Source of the DNA: Thermoplasmatota archaeon
GTDB taxonomy: Archaea; Thermoplasmatota; Thermoplasmata; UBA10834
Direction of reading: 5' to 3'
DNA length: 64,000 bases
NCBI GenBank assembly: GCA_040751795.1
Contig: JBFMHR010000002.1
Location: 192,001 to 256,000 of the forward strand
Shown here: positions 48,708-58,282 of the stretch, in pieces
Position numbering within the stretch: position 1 is the stretch's first letter
How the letters are laid out: each line of letters starts with the position of its first letter
Program-made: the position numbers and the translations under genes
Notes under the pieces: model-generated
What the model was told of the DNA's origin: nothing
Seen by the model: only the letters and a program-made list of their open reading frames with translations
Databases searched by the model: none

Positions 48708-49829
48708 ATGATGTCGGGCATCATGAACGGCAAGTCCGTGGGGATCGCATTCTCGATGGGGATCGTGGCGCTTCTCGTGTCGATGGTACCGGCGTCGGTG
48801 ATGGCCACCGCGCTGCCGGCCGAGTACAAGATCGAGGGCGTGCCCCTCTACCAGCAGATCGACGCGAAGGGGTGCGGGCCAGCCGCCCTCCAGATGATGT
48901 TCGACTACTACGGGGAGTTCGTCGACCAGAAGGAGATATACAACGCGGCGAGGGCCGGCGGAACAACCCTCCCTGACATGGCCAGGGCCGCCCAGTTCAG
49001 CGACCTCAGCACAACGGTCGGGGAGCGGTGGCCGGACAACATCGTCACGGGATACACGGCGCGGTCCGTCGGGTACGCGGCCTTCTACTACGCGTCTGAC
49101 GTGGAGTGGATGCAGGAGCTGAAGGGGGTCGTGGCCCAGGGCTACCCCGTCGCGGTCCTGCAGAACTTCTACCCCGACAGCGACGACCCGCACTACCGCG
49201 TGGTCGTTGGCTACGACCAGCTCAGGGAGGTGTTCATCGTCAACGACGGATGGGTCAGGGAGTTCAAGGTCCCGAGCGGGTACGTCGGCTCCACCAACCC
49301 GATGTCCAACCCGGTGTCCTGGGACGACGAGTTCCCGGGGATGGAGATGTCCTTCGCGGACTTCGAGCTCGCCTGGAGGTGCCCGACCGATGTCTGGGGC
49401 ATCGAGGGGCTCAGGTACGGAGCGGTCGTGGTCGTGCCGTGGGAGGTGGAGGTCGTCGCCCCGGCTTCCGCATCACCGGGCGAGGAGGTCACGCTTGATG
49501 TGACCGTGAGGTACCCGTGCCCTGCGCCCTTCGGCGACCCCGCCTACCCGGTCTTCACCGCCTCAGGCGTGGTGGTCCAGTTGGCCGCGTCCGACGGCAG
49601 CGGGAGGCCTTTCGCCGAGGCCAGCGCGGAGCTGGGGACCCTTGCGGCAAGGGGGAGCCTCTCCTGCGCTCTGACCATCGTGCTCCCCTCCGAGGCCGGC
49701 ACCGTCGCGTTCGAAGTCATCGCGTCCGGAATCGTCTCGGGGCACCTGGAGGAGTGGAAGGACTACCCCGCATACGACTACTCGGACAGGATTGGGGCGT
49801 GGGCGTCCTCGGAGACGGAGGTCTCATGA
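48708..49829 (+). CDS. Secreted C39-like cysteine peptidase with C-terminal beta-sandwich domain
   Basis: Signal peptide; YQQ...GCGPAAL (Cys), HYRVVVGYD (His), VNDG (Asp). Confidence 0.82.
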   Translation: MMSGIMNGKSVGIAFSMGIVALLVSMVPASVMATALPAEYKIEGVPLYQQIDAKGCGPAALQMMFDYYGEFVDQKEIYNAARAGGTTLPDMARAAQFSDLSTTVGERWPDNIVTGYTARSVGYAAFYYASDVEWMQELKGVVAQGYPVAVLQNFYPDSDDPHYRVVVGYDQLREVFIVNDGWVREFKVPSGYVGSTNPMSNPVSWDDEFPGMEMSFADFELAWRCPTDVWGIEGLRYGAVVVVPWEVEVVAPASASPGEEVTLDVTVRYPCPAPFGDPAYPVFTASGVVVQLAASDGSGRPFAEASAELGTLAARGSLSCALTIVLPSEAGTVAFEVIASGIVSGHLEEWKDYPAYDYSDRIGAWASSETEVS

Positions 49830-49889
49830 GGCCGGCACCCCTGTGATACGTCGAACGTATAATCCCTGCTCCGGGCGAATCGGCCCGAT

Positions 49890-50429
49890 ATGGTCCAGTC
49901 CCTGCGGTACGACGTGTTGCGCTCATACGACGATTTCGAGCTGAGGCGCTACCCGCTGACGGTCCTGGCCACGGTCCGCGGGATGGACGACTACGACGCG
50001 TTCAGCATCCTCTTCGCCTACATCTCGGGCTCGAACACGCGGAGGGAGAAGGTCGCCATGACCGCGCCCGTCGTGTCCGCGGAGCCAGGCCCTGAGAAGA
50101 TACCGATGACCGTCCCCGTGGTGTCGGGGGAGAGGTCCTTCTCCTTCGCTCTGCCGGCGTCCCACTCCCCTGGGGAGGTGCCGGAGCCGACGGACCGCCG
50201 CGTCCAGATCGAGGTCCTCCCAGGAAGGGAGGTCGCGGTCAGGAGGTTCCGAGGCCGCACGGGCGAGCGCGCAGTGGCGGAGCGCAGCGAGGCGCTGCTC
50301 GGAGCGGTGAGGCGCTCGGGCCTGTCGCCGAGGGGCGAGCCCTTCCTTATGAGGTACAACCCCCCGTTCACGCCCGGGTTCCTGAGGAGGAACGAGGTGG
50401 CGGTGGAGGTGTCTGTGGCGCAGGGCTAG
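49890..50429 (+). CDS. SOUL heme-binding family protein
   Basis: FELRRY, LFAYISGSN, MTAPV, YNPPFTPGFLRRNEV. Confidence 0.9.
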   Translation: MVQSLRYDVLRSYDDFELRRYPLTVLATVRGMDDYDAFSILFAYISGSNTRREKVAMTAPVVSAEPGPEKIPMTVPVVSGERSFSFALPASHSPGEVPEPTDRRVQIEVLPGREVAVRRFRGRTGERAVAERSEALLGAVRRSGLSPRGEPFLMRYNPPFTPGFLRRNEVAVEVSVAQG

Positions 50430-50452
50430 GGCAACCTGGTCACGCCGCCGGC

Positions 50453-51235
50453 TCAGAGGCCCGCGAAGGCCCTGAGGGCCTCCTCCTCCATGAAGTGCAG
50501 CTTCCCAGGCACGACTATCGAGTGGAGCGGAGGCCCGAAGTCCTCGTCCACGAGCTTCGAGAGCGGGCCAGCCCTCACGACCGCGTCGTCCGAGCCGGCC
50601 CTCGCGACCACGCCAACGACGGTGTCGCCCGTGAGGACGCCCTTCCCGGCCCTCCTCTCCATGTCCAGGAGGAGCCGGAGACCCTCGTTGGCCGTCATGT
50701 ACCTCGAGTTCTCGGCGTCTATGTCCAGCAGGACGAGCGTGTGGAGCCTCCTGGACACGTTCTCGCAGACGACCTCGTACGGGCTCGTCGGGGAGTAGCC
50801 CTCCTGCGGGAACGGGAGGGTCGTGGTCCTGCCGAACTTGTAGTGCTGGAGGCCGAGCAGCCCCGCGGCGGATGTGAACACCGAAGGCCCATGGACCACG
50901 GCGGTGCGCGCCCCGGCCGAGTGCGCCCTGATCCTCAGGTCGACGTGGGTCGTGGCGGTCATTGGGTCGCCCGCGACCAGGAGCACCACCCTGCCCTCGG
51001 CGCAGGCCTCGAGTATGACTTTGGCGTCCTCGACGTCCGTCCTCCCGAGGACCTTGATGTTCTTGCCGACGGCCTTCTCGAGCCTCTCGATCGAGCCGGG
51101 CCTCAGGGCCGAGGTGTAGAACTCGGCGAAGACCACGTCCGCCGCCCTCGCCTCCTCCAATCCCCTCAGCGTGATGCCCCTCTCGTCGTCGAGTCCCAGG
51201 CCGACGAAGACCAGGCTCCCTCCGCCCGCTTTCAC
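50453..51235 (-). CDS. dph5: Diphthine synthase
   Basis: FVGLGL, EFYTS, GDPMTATTH, GLQHYKFGRTTT, HTLVLLDI, GPPLHS. Confidence 0.95.
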   Translation of the reverse strand: MKAGGGSLVFVGLGLDDERGITLRGLEEARAADVVFAEFYTSALRPGSIERLEKAVGKNIKVLGRTDVEDAKVILEACAEGRVVLLVAGDPMTATTHVDLRIRAHSAGARTAVVHGPSVFTSAAGLLGLQHYKFGRTTTLPFPQEGYSPTSPYEVVCENVSRRLHTLVLLDIDAENSRYMTANEGLRLLLDMERRAGKGVLTGDTVVGVVARAGSDDAVVRAGPLSKLVDEDFGPPLHSIVVPGKLHFMEEEALRAFAGL

Positions 51236-51406
51236 GCCCCATCGAATCCATCCCTCGTTGATTTACTTTTCTTCGATTTCCCCGCCCCGGCGCTGGAAAG
51301 CGTCTTAAGGGTTGGCGAATAGCGTCTTAAATGCCTAGACCATTGCCCCTCCGGGGATTGTCCGCCGCTCCAGGGGCGGCCATACACCTCAAGGAGGGAA
51401 GTTACA

Positions 51407-52054
51407 GTGGGCGACGACAAGATTCTGAAGCAGTTGCAGGACTCGATACTGAAGTGCGATTCCGCCGCCGCGGTTTCCGCCGCGAAGGCGGCCATCCAGG
51501 CCAAGACGGACCCGCTCCAGGCAATCGAGAAGGGGCTGGTGCCGGCCATCGAGACGGTCGGGGAGAGGTTCGAGAAGATGGAGCTCTACCTGCCCGAGCT
51601 GATGCTCGCGGGCGACGCGATGAAGGCCGCGCTCGACCTGCTGCTCCCGCTCGTGCCGAAGGGCCAGAAGACCTCCAAGGCGACGGTCGTCATAGGCACC
51701 GTCCAGGGGGACGTGCACGAGATAGGCAAGAACATAGTCTCCAGCCTCCTGATGGCGGGCGGCTTCAGCGTCGTCGACCTGGGCGTGAACGTCAAGACCT
51801 CCGTCTTCGTGGACGAGGCCAAGGCCAAGAACGCGAGGATAATCGGCGCCTCCGCGCTGATGTCCAGCACCATAGGCTCCCAGAAGGACATAGTCGACTA
51901 CCTGAGCGCTTCGGGGGAGAGGAGGAAGCGCGCGTTCCTTGTCGGCGGAGGGCCGACGACGCAGGAGTGGGCGAAGGAGATAGGCGCGGACGGCTGGGGG
52001 AAGGACGCCGTGTCGGCCGTCAGGCTCGCGGGCAAGTTCGCCAAGGGGAGGTGA
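51407..52054 (+). CDS. Methyltransferase cognate corrinoid protein (MtmC/MtbC/MttC-like)
   Basis: Cap domain YLPELM; B12 motifs GDVHEIGKN, SALMS, VGGG. Confidence 0.93.
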   Translation: MGDDKILKQLQDSILKCDSAAAVSAAKAAIQAKTDPLQAIEKGLVPAIETVGERFEKMELYLPELMLAGDAMKAALDLLLPLVPKGQKTSKATVVIGTVQGDVHEIGKNIVSSLLMAGGFSVVDLGVNVKTSVFVDEAKAKNARIIGASALMSSTIGSQKDIVDYLSASGERRKRAFLVGGGPTTQEWAKEIGADGWGKDAVSAVRLAGKFAKGR

Positions 52055-52059
52055 GCCGG

Positions 52060-53448
52060 ATGGTCCAGATCCTAGACGTCATGCAGAAGGCCCTCGAGGG
52101 CAAGCCCATGAGCGAGTCGGACTACCAGCTGAAGCTCTTCGCCAGCAAGGTGGCCGAGAAGATCAGGGAGTACGACATCAAGTTCGACAGGGAGAACCCG
52201 ATCCCGGACGACCCGTCCCTCGCGGACGACGTCTTCAAGGCCGCGTTCGACCTGGTCGTGGACGTCGGCGCGTACTGCACGAACACCAACAGGGTCATCT
52301 CCTACACCGAGGCGGAGGTCCGCAACGCGCTCAAGTTCGCCCCGGGCGAGCTGTGGTTCGGCGAGGGGATGGACAGGAAGCTCATGAGGACCAGGGGAGT
52401 GGGCGACAAGTCCCCGCCCTGGTGCCTGCTGGGGGCCGGCGGCGGCGCCTGCTCCAGCGACAGGTCTTTCCTCACCCTCGTCGAGGGGTACGCCGAGATC
52501 CCCGAGACGAACGCCATAACCACCCCGGCCCTCACGAGGGTCGGGGGGATGAGGATCCGGCCCGCGTCGCCCCTCGAGGTCCTGGGCGCGCAGAGGAACG
52601 CGGTCCTGTTCAGGGAGGCGTGCAACCGGGTCGGCCGGCAGGGCATACCCGTGATGAACACCCTCTCCACCGCGGAGTCGGACATAGCCCTCGCGGGGGC
52701 GCTGCACCCGAAGTACGGCCTCCGCCAGTCGGACGGCTATATGATCTGCTGCATGGACCCGATGAAGGTGGACTTCGCGAGGCTCAACAAGGTCACCGCC
52801 GTCCTGGGGCTGGGGGGCGCCATAGGCATGTGCTTCGGCCCGATGATGGGCGGGTACGCCGGCGGCCCCGAGGGGAGCACCGTCTCCAACGTCGCGCACC
52901 ACATGATGGGCATAATGACATACCAGTCGAGCTGGCTCCTGCCCTTCCCGCTGCACCTGAGGTACGTCTCGAGCAGCTGCAGGGAGCTCCTGTGGCTGAT
53001 CAGCCTCACGGGCCAGGCCGTCTCGAGGAACACGCACCTGCTGACGGTGAACCTCAACTACACCTCCGCCGGGCCGTGCACACCGATGTGCCTGTACGAG
53101 ACCACGGCCTCCGTGGCGGCCGCCGTCACCTCGGGCATGCACATCGAGTCGCTCGGCGTCGCCTCCAACAAGCAGGAGGACAGGACCACCCCGGTCGAGC
53201 CGAGGATATCCGCCGAGGTGGGCCACGCGGTCGCGGGGATGAGCCTCGCCGACACCAACCAGATGGTGCTGAAGCTGGTCCAGTCCTACGAGAAGAGGCT
53301 CGCGGACCCGCCCCTGGGCAAGATGCTCTACGACTGCTGGGACCCGGAGGCCAGGCGCCCGAGCAAGGAGTACCTCAGGGTCGTCAGGGAGTACAAGAGG
53401 AAGATGGCCGACCTGGGGCTGCCCCTCAGAAGGGACGACTGGGACTGA
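52060..53448 (+). CDS. Monomethylamine methyltransferase MtmB-family protein, pyrrolysine-free
   Basis: IPDDPSLADDVFKAA, GGYAGGPEG, AGPCTPMCLYE, PPLGK; Met at the Pyl-equivalent site (GRQGIPVM); no in-frame TAG. Confidence 0.88.
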   Translation: MVQILDVMQKALEGKPMSESDYQLKLFASKVAEKIREYDIKFDRENPIPDDPSLADDVFKAAFDLVVDVGAYCTNTNRVISYTEAEVRNALKFAPGELWFGEGMDRKLMRTRGVGDKSPPWCLLGAGGGACSSDRSFLTLVEGYAEIPETNAITTPALTRVGGMRIRPASPLEVLGAQRNAVLFREACNRVGRQGIPVMNTLSTAESDIALAGALHPKYGLRQSDGYMICCMDPMKVDFARLNKVTAVLGLGGAIGMCFGPMMGGYAGGPEGSTVSNVAHHMMGIMTYQSSWLLPFPLHLRYVSSSCRELLWLISLTGQAVSRNTHLLTVNLNYTSAGPCTPMCLYETTASVAAAVTSGMHIESLGVASNKQEDRTTPVEPRISAEVGHAVAGMSLADTNQMVLKLVQSYEKRLADPPLGKMLYDCWDPEARRPSKEYLRVVREYKRKMADLGLPLRRDDWD

Positions 53449-53542
53449 GCGGGACGCGCCGCGCCCCGGAGAGCCGTGTCAATGCGAGCGGCAGCCCCGC
53501 CGCCCGATTGGGTTATCTATCGAGGAAGGCGATTAGGCGGCG

Positions 53543-54547
53543 ATGGACTCTCTGTGCGTGGTGGTCCCGAGGAAGAAGGCCGAGCCCGTCCGGAGGAGGC
53601 TCATGGAGAAGGGCGTCCTCAGGAAGGGCCTGCAGGTCAGGTCCGACTCCAAGAACGTCTACCTCCCGGTGACGCAGAGGGTCGACCTGGGCTACCCGCT
53701 CGAGACCATGTCCTTCGACGAGCTGGATGAGCAGGTCAAGGACTACAGGCTGCTTGTCGACGTGCCCGACGGCCTGAGGGCGAAGCTCCCATCGTCGTAC
53801 GACGTCCTGGGCTCGGTCGCCCTCGTGAAGATGAGCGAGGAGGTCCTGCCCTTCGCCGGGCAGATCGGCAAGGCGATCATGGCCGTCCAAGGCGCGGTGA
53901 GGACCGTCTGCGTCGACTCGGGCGTGAAGGAGGAGTACAGGACCAGGGACCTGCGGGTCGTGGCCGGCGACGACACCACCGAGACGACCCACAGGGAGTA
54001 CGGCATGGTCTTCAGGATGGACGTCAAGAGCGTCTTCTTCTCGCCGAGGCTGGCCACGGAGAGGGACATCGTCGCGAGGCAGGTGCAGCCCGGCGAGGTC
54101 GTAATAGACATGTTCGCGGGGATAGGCCCCTTCTCCATCATGATCGCCAAGACCCGGAGCCCGAAGGCCGTCTACGCCATAGACACCAACCCCGAGGCCA
54201 TCAGGTACATGCGCGAGAACATCGCGCTCAACAAGGTCACTACCGTGACCCCGGTCCTCGGGGACGCCAGGGAGGAGGTGGCAAAGCTCGGGCCTGCGGA
54301 CAGGGTCATCATGAACCTTCCGCACAACGCCAGGAACTTCCTGCCGGAGGCCATAGACGCCCTCAGGCCAGGCGGCGTCATACACTTCTACGAGATCATG
54401 GAGGACTCGGAGCTGGAGGAGCGGTTCGGGAGGCTCGCGGACGCGGCCGTGAGGAAGGGGCGCGTCATGAAGGAGCTCGCCCGCCGCAAGGTCAAGAGCT
54501 ACAGCCCGACCATGAGCTTCTACGCCTTCGACCTGTCGTTCCTCTGA
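53543..54547 (+). CDS. Trm5/Taw2 (Met-10+) family tRNA methyltransferase
   Basis: SYDVLG, THREYG, FFSPRLATER, DMFAGIGPF, RVIMNLP. Confidence 0.88.
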   Translation: MDSLCVVVPRKKAEPVRRRLMEKGVLRKGLQVRSDSKNVYLPVTQRVDLGYPLETMSFDELDEQVKDYRLLVDVPDGLRAKLPSSYDVLGSVALVKMSEEVLPFAGQIGKAIMAVQGAVRTVCVDSGVKEEYRTRDLRVVAGDDTTETTHREYGMVFRMDVKSVFFSPRLATERDIVARQVQPGEVVIDMFAGIGPFSIMIAKTRSPKAVYAIDTNPEAIRYMRENIALNKVTTVTPVLGDAREEVAKLGPADRVIMNLPHNARNFLPEAIDALRPGGVIHFYEIMEDSELEERFGRLADAAVRKGRVMKELARRKVKSYSPTMSFYAFDLSFL

Positions 54548-55029
54548 CGCACGGGCTCCAGGGTGATCCCCCTCTGCCCGTGGTAGTTCCCCGACCTCTC
54601 GCTGTAGGTCTTCAGGGGCGGGGAGCGCAGCTCCTCGAAGACGACCTGTGCGAACCTGTCGCCCACCGGCACGTCCACGGGCGACTGGGAGGCGTTTATC
54701 GCGGAAAAGGTGAGGTTGCCGTGGAAGCCCGCGTCGATTCTCCCGAAAGAGGACAGTATCCCCTTCCTCACCCAGCTGGTCCTCATCCATATCTCGCCGA
54801 CCAGGTCGGGGGGCAGCTCGAGGTACTCGAGCGTCCCGACGGTGAACCACGTGCCCCCAGGCACGCGCGCGACCCCCTCCTTGGTCCTGGAGTCGGACGA
54901 CGGGACCCACACCTCCGATACGGTGACGTCGTACCCGTTGGGGGTGAGGTTGCCCTCCTTGAATGACCCTATCCTCAGCGAGCCGGACCCCAGCCTCGCC
55001 ATGATGTCCGCATCCGAGAGGACGGCCGT
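54520..55029 (-). CDS. dcd: dCTP deaminase / trimeric dUTPase family
   Basis: VLSDADI N-terminus, PNGYD, TLEY, RTSWVRKG, IDAGFHG, YHGQ; probable ACG start, first ATG at 55002. Confidence 0.85.
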   Translation of the reverse strand, partial: TAVLSDADIMARLGSGSLRIGSFKEGNLTPNGYDVTVSEVWVPSSDSRTKEGVARVPGGTWFTVGTLEYLELPPDLVGEIWMRTSWVRKGILSSFGRIDAGFHGNLTFSAINASQSPVDVPVGDRFAQVVFEELRSPPLKTYSERSGNYHGQRGITLEPVRQRNDRSKA

Positions 55030-55033
55030 CGCA

Positions 55034-55609
55034 TCACCCCTTCCTCGGCTTCCTCTTCGCCTTCGCCGCGGGCGGCGCCTCGGCCTCGTCGCCCAGCCTC
55101 CTGGACGCCTCCTCCGCGAGCCCCTTGAACCGCCTGAACGCCGCCGGCCACTTCTCCTCGAGCTCGACGGCGAAGGCCTCAGAGACGTCCCGCGGCCCGG
55201 ACAGGGACAGGGGCCTGAACCCCTTCCCCTCCAGGAGCGCGTCCACCGGCCCGGCCGCCTTCGCGATCCTCTCCCACCTGAAGATCTGGTCGATGCCGTC
55301 CAGCTCCTTCACGAGGTCGCGGATGTACTCCGTCCCGAGCTTAGCGAGGAGGTGGGTGTGTAGCTCGGAGAGCTCCTTGGCGGACTCGGTCGCGGCCTTC
55401 CTGAGCCTGACCATGAACTCGTCGAGCTCGTCGTCGCCCATGGCCCTCAGCTTCCCGGGGGACGAGGCGAGGGAGTCCCTCGCCGCGACCATGATGGCCG
55501 GCTCGAGCTCGCTCTCCACGCCCCTCATTATCACTATGCCGTGCCTCGCCAGGGCCGCCTTGGCCTCCCCGACCTCCTTCCTGAGGGCGGCGTCGAGGGC
55601 TCCGTCCAT
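55034..55609 (-). CDS. Hypothetical helical protein
   Basis: Open frame between the M42 peptidase and dcd with typical codon usage; no recognised motif. Confidence 0.7.
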   Translation of the reverse strand: MDGALDAALRKEVGEAKAALARHGIVIMRGVESELEPAIMVAARDSLASSPGKLRAMGDDELDEFMVRLRKAATESAKELSELHTHLLAKLGTEYIRDLVKELDGIDQIFRWERIAKAAGPVDALLEGKGFRPLSLSGPRDVSEAFAVELEEKWPAAFRRFKGLAEEASRRLGDEAEAPPAAKAKRKPRKG

Positions 55610-55628
55610 CTCGCCGTGCACCCCGCGC

Positions 55629-56747
55629 TCAGATGGCCGTGAAGCCGTCCGCGGTCTTCCTGTCGAGCCTCTTGACGACCTCGACAAGCAGCCTTATCGC
55701 GTTCTCCGTGTCGGTCAGGCTGAGCAGGCCCGCGTGGGCGTGGATGTGCCTGGTGGGTATCCCTATGACGAGGCTCGGGCAGCCCGCGTTGGATATGTGG
55801 ATTATGCCGGCGTCGGTGCCGCCCCTCGCGATTTGCGAGAGCTGGTACGGGACCTTCGCCTTCTTGGCGACTTCGAGGACGAACTCGAGGAGCTCCTGGT
55901 TGGGGATCATCGAGGAGTCGTACGTGGTTATGGAAGGCCCGTGGCCCATCTTGGTCGGGGCCTCGCTCGCCTCTATGCCGGGCACGTCCCCCGCGATGTC
56001 GACCTCCAGGGTGAGGCAGACGTCCGGGTTCACCACGTGGGCCGTGGTCCTCGCGCCCCTCAGGCCGACCTCCTCCTGGGTGGTGGCGGCGCCGACGACC
56101 GTGTTCGGGTGCTTGACCCCCTCCTCCTTCAGGATCCTCACCACCTCCGCCGCGATGAATGTGCCTATCCTGTCGTCGAAGGCCTTGCCGACGGCGATGG
56201 TGTCCGTGCCCTTCCTCTTCCCGTCCTTGAAGACCTTCTTCTGCATCATCGAGAAGCACGAGTCGGGGATGATGGGGTTGCCGATCCGCACACCCATCTC
56301 CTTCGCCTCCTCCTCGTTCGACGCGCCGATATCGATGAACATCTTGTCCTTGGTGACGACCTTGGCGCGCTCCTCGGGCGGGAGCAGGTGGGGGGGCTTG
56401 GCGGCTATGATGCCCGGCACGATGCCCTTCGATGTCCTGACCTTGACCCTCTGGCCCAGCAGCACCTGGTCGAACCATCCGCCGAGCGGGTTGAACGTCA
56501 GGAAACCGTTCTTGTTCACGGATGATACGATGAAGCCGACCTCGTCGATGTGCCCGGGGAGCAGTATCACGGGCTTGTCGGAGCTCCCCTTCTTGGTGAA
56601 GAGGAACGAGCCGAGCTTGTCAGTGCTCGTCGAGTCGCTGTACTTGGACACGTACTCCTTGACGATCCTCGCCGGCACCTTCTCGAACCCCGATGGGCCG
56701 AAGCAGTTCGTGAGCTCCTCCAAGAACTTGACCGATTCCGTTCTCAT
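55629..56747 (-). CDS. M42-family aminopeptidase (TET/FrvX-like)
   Basis: GPSGFE, GHIDEVG, KAFDDRIG, QEEVGLRGA, GGTDAG, RHIH. Confidence 0.94.
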   Translation of the reverse strand: MRTESVKFLEELTNCFGPSGFEKVPARIVKEYVSKYSDSTSTDKLGSFLFTKKGSSDKPVILLPGHIDEVGFIVSSVNKNGFLTFNPLGGWFDQVLLGQRVKVRTSKGIVPGIIAAKPPHLLPPEERAKVVTKDKMFIDIGASNEEEAKEMGVRIGNPIIPDSCFSMMQKKVFKDGKRKGTDTIAVGKAFDDRIGTFIAAEVVRILKEEGVKHPNTVVGAATTQEEVGLRGARTTAHVVNPDVCLTLEVDIAGDVPGIEASEAPTKMGHGPSITTYDSSMIPNQELLEFVLEVAKKAKVPYQLSQIARGGTDAGIIHISNAGCPSLVIGIPTRHIHAHAGLLSLTDTENAIRLLVEVVKRLDRKTADGFTAI

Positions 56748-56891
56748 CAGAAACCTCTCCCTGGCGCGCCAATGGATTCAGCATAGATAACCCTATCTGT
56801 CTGACCATCTGGCCGTGCGCCCGGGCGGGTGATTGGCGAAGTTATAAATCGAGATATGCTAATCAGAGCGGGCGGTACGGGAGGCCAGTCG

Positions 56892-57275
56892 ATGTCTGTA
56901 GTCTTGCCGGATCTCAAGTACACCAAGGACCATGAGTGGGTGAAGGTCGAGGGCAACCTCGCGCGCGTGGGCATCACGGACCACGCCCAGGCCGAGCTGA
57001 CCGAGATAGTGTTCGTCGAGCTGCCGAGCGTCGGGAAGGACGTGGCCAAGGCCGGGATCCTGGGCAACGTGGAGTCCGTCAAGACGGTCTCCGAGGTGTT
57101 CTCGCCGGTGGGCGGCACCGTCAGGGAGAAGAACGACAAGCTGGTCGACTCGCCGGAGCTTCTCAACAAGGACCCGTACGGGCAGGGATGGATCGCCGCG
57201 GTCGAGATGAGCAACCCCGACGACCTCTCGGAGCTCATGTCCGCCGAGGACTACAAGAAGCTCCTGGGCGAGTGA
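56892..57275 (+). CDS. gcvH: Glycine cleavage system H protein
   Basis: YTKDHEW, GITDHAQ, VESVK (lipoyl Lys), NKDPYGQGW. Confidence 0.95.
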   Translation: MSVVLPDLKYTKDHEWVKVEGNLARVGITDHAQAELTEIVFVELPSVGKDVAKAGILGNVESVKTVSEVFSPVGGTVREKNDKLVDSPELLNKDPYGQGWIAAVEMSNPDDLSELMSAEDYKKLLGE

Positions 57276-57285
57276 GGCGCGGGCC

Positions 57286-57792
57286 TTGAAGAAGGAGATA
57301 CCTGCCGGCGAGGGGACGGACGCCTTCTCGGGCTTCCCGGTGGTCCTCTGCAGCGTCGGCGGGGAGAAGGACAACATCATCACCCTGGCCCTGTGCCACG
57401 TGTTCTCGTTCAAGCCGCCGCTCATCGGCATCGGGGTCGCTCCAGCACGGTTCAGCTACGGCCTCCTGAGGAAGAGCAAGGACTTCGCCATCAACGTCCC
57501 CACGGGGGAGCAGCTCAAGGCCGTGGAGGTGTGCGGGTCGAAGTCCGGGAGGAGGGTCGACAAGTTCGCGGCCTCCGGGCTCACCAGGGAGAAGGCCAGC
57601 AGGATATCCTCGCCCCTCATAGCCGAGTGCCCGGTGAACATGGAGTGCGTCAAGGTGAAGGAGGTCGAGACCGGCGACCGCACCTGGTTCGTCGGAGAGG
57701 TGGTCGCGGCCAGGAGGGAGGAGTCGTACGACGCCAAGGAGTGCCTCCTGTACTGGGGCGACTACAGGGTCATAGGCGACAAGGTGGGCTGA
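57286..57792 (+). CDS. Flavin reductase-like FMN-binding protein
   Basis: FAINVP, CGSKSGR..DKF, IAECPVNMEC, GD..FVGEV. Confidence 0.9.
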   Translation: MKKEIPAGEGTDAFSGFPVVLCSVGGEKDNIITLALCHVFSFKPPLIGIGVAPARFSYGLLRKSKDFAINVPTGEQLKAVEVCGSKSGRRVDKFAASGLTREKASRISSPLIAECPVNMECVKVKEVETGDRTWFVGEVVAARREESYDAKECLLYWGDYRVIGDKVG

Positions 57793-57859
57793 GGCGCCCT
57801 TGGCGGGCTGTCCTCAGAAAGGTTCTTAGGCCCCCTCGCCCCTGATATGCATCGGAGAG

Positions 57860-58264
57860 GTGGCGAAGGTGTCCAGCTCGACGACCAACGTGAGCGTGTT
57901 CGCAGGGGAGGGCCTATCGAAGCCGGCCGCCCCCGTGCATGACAGGTTCTGCCCCTCCTGCGGGAGGAGCATCGCGTGGGAGGCGCTCTCATGCCCGCAC
58001 TGCCAATGGAGGCAGGGCGAGGGCTCCCGCTTGACGGTTCATCACGACCCCATCCCGGCGGGGAGGAGGACGCTCACCTATGTGGGCTCCGCCCTCGTCC
58101 CGCTCCTCGGGATAATCCTCGGCGCGTTGTACATGGGGAGGGCGGACGAGGAGCACAGGCACGCCGGCATGATTTGTCTGGTGCTCGGAGTGCTCAACAT
58201 CTTCCTCCTCCCGACGGTGCTTGCAGCATTGCTGTACTTGATGGTCCTCGGATGGGGGTCGTAG
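57860..58264 (+). CDS. Zinc-ribbon membrane protein
   Basis: CPSC..CPHC followed by two TM helices, ending VLAALLYLMVLGWGS. Confidence 0.75.
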   Translation: MAKVSSSTTNVSVFAGEGLSKPAAPVHDRFCPSCGRSIAWEALSCPHCQWRQGEGSRLTVHHDPIPAGRRTLTYVGSALVPLLGIILGALYMGRADEEHRHAGMICLVLGVLNIFLLPTVLAALLYLMVLGWGS

Positions 58265-58282
58265 GCCTTCGGAGGTGTTGCC

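Noticed and set aside
52060-53448. Pyrrolysine (TAG) readthrough in the methylamine methyltransferase homologues
   Set aside because: Neither the MtmB-like nor the MttB-like ORF has an in-frame stop, and no pyl genes are in the window.
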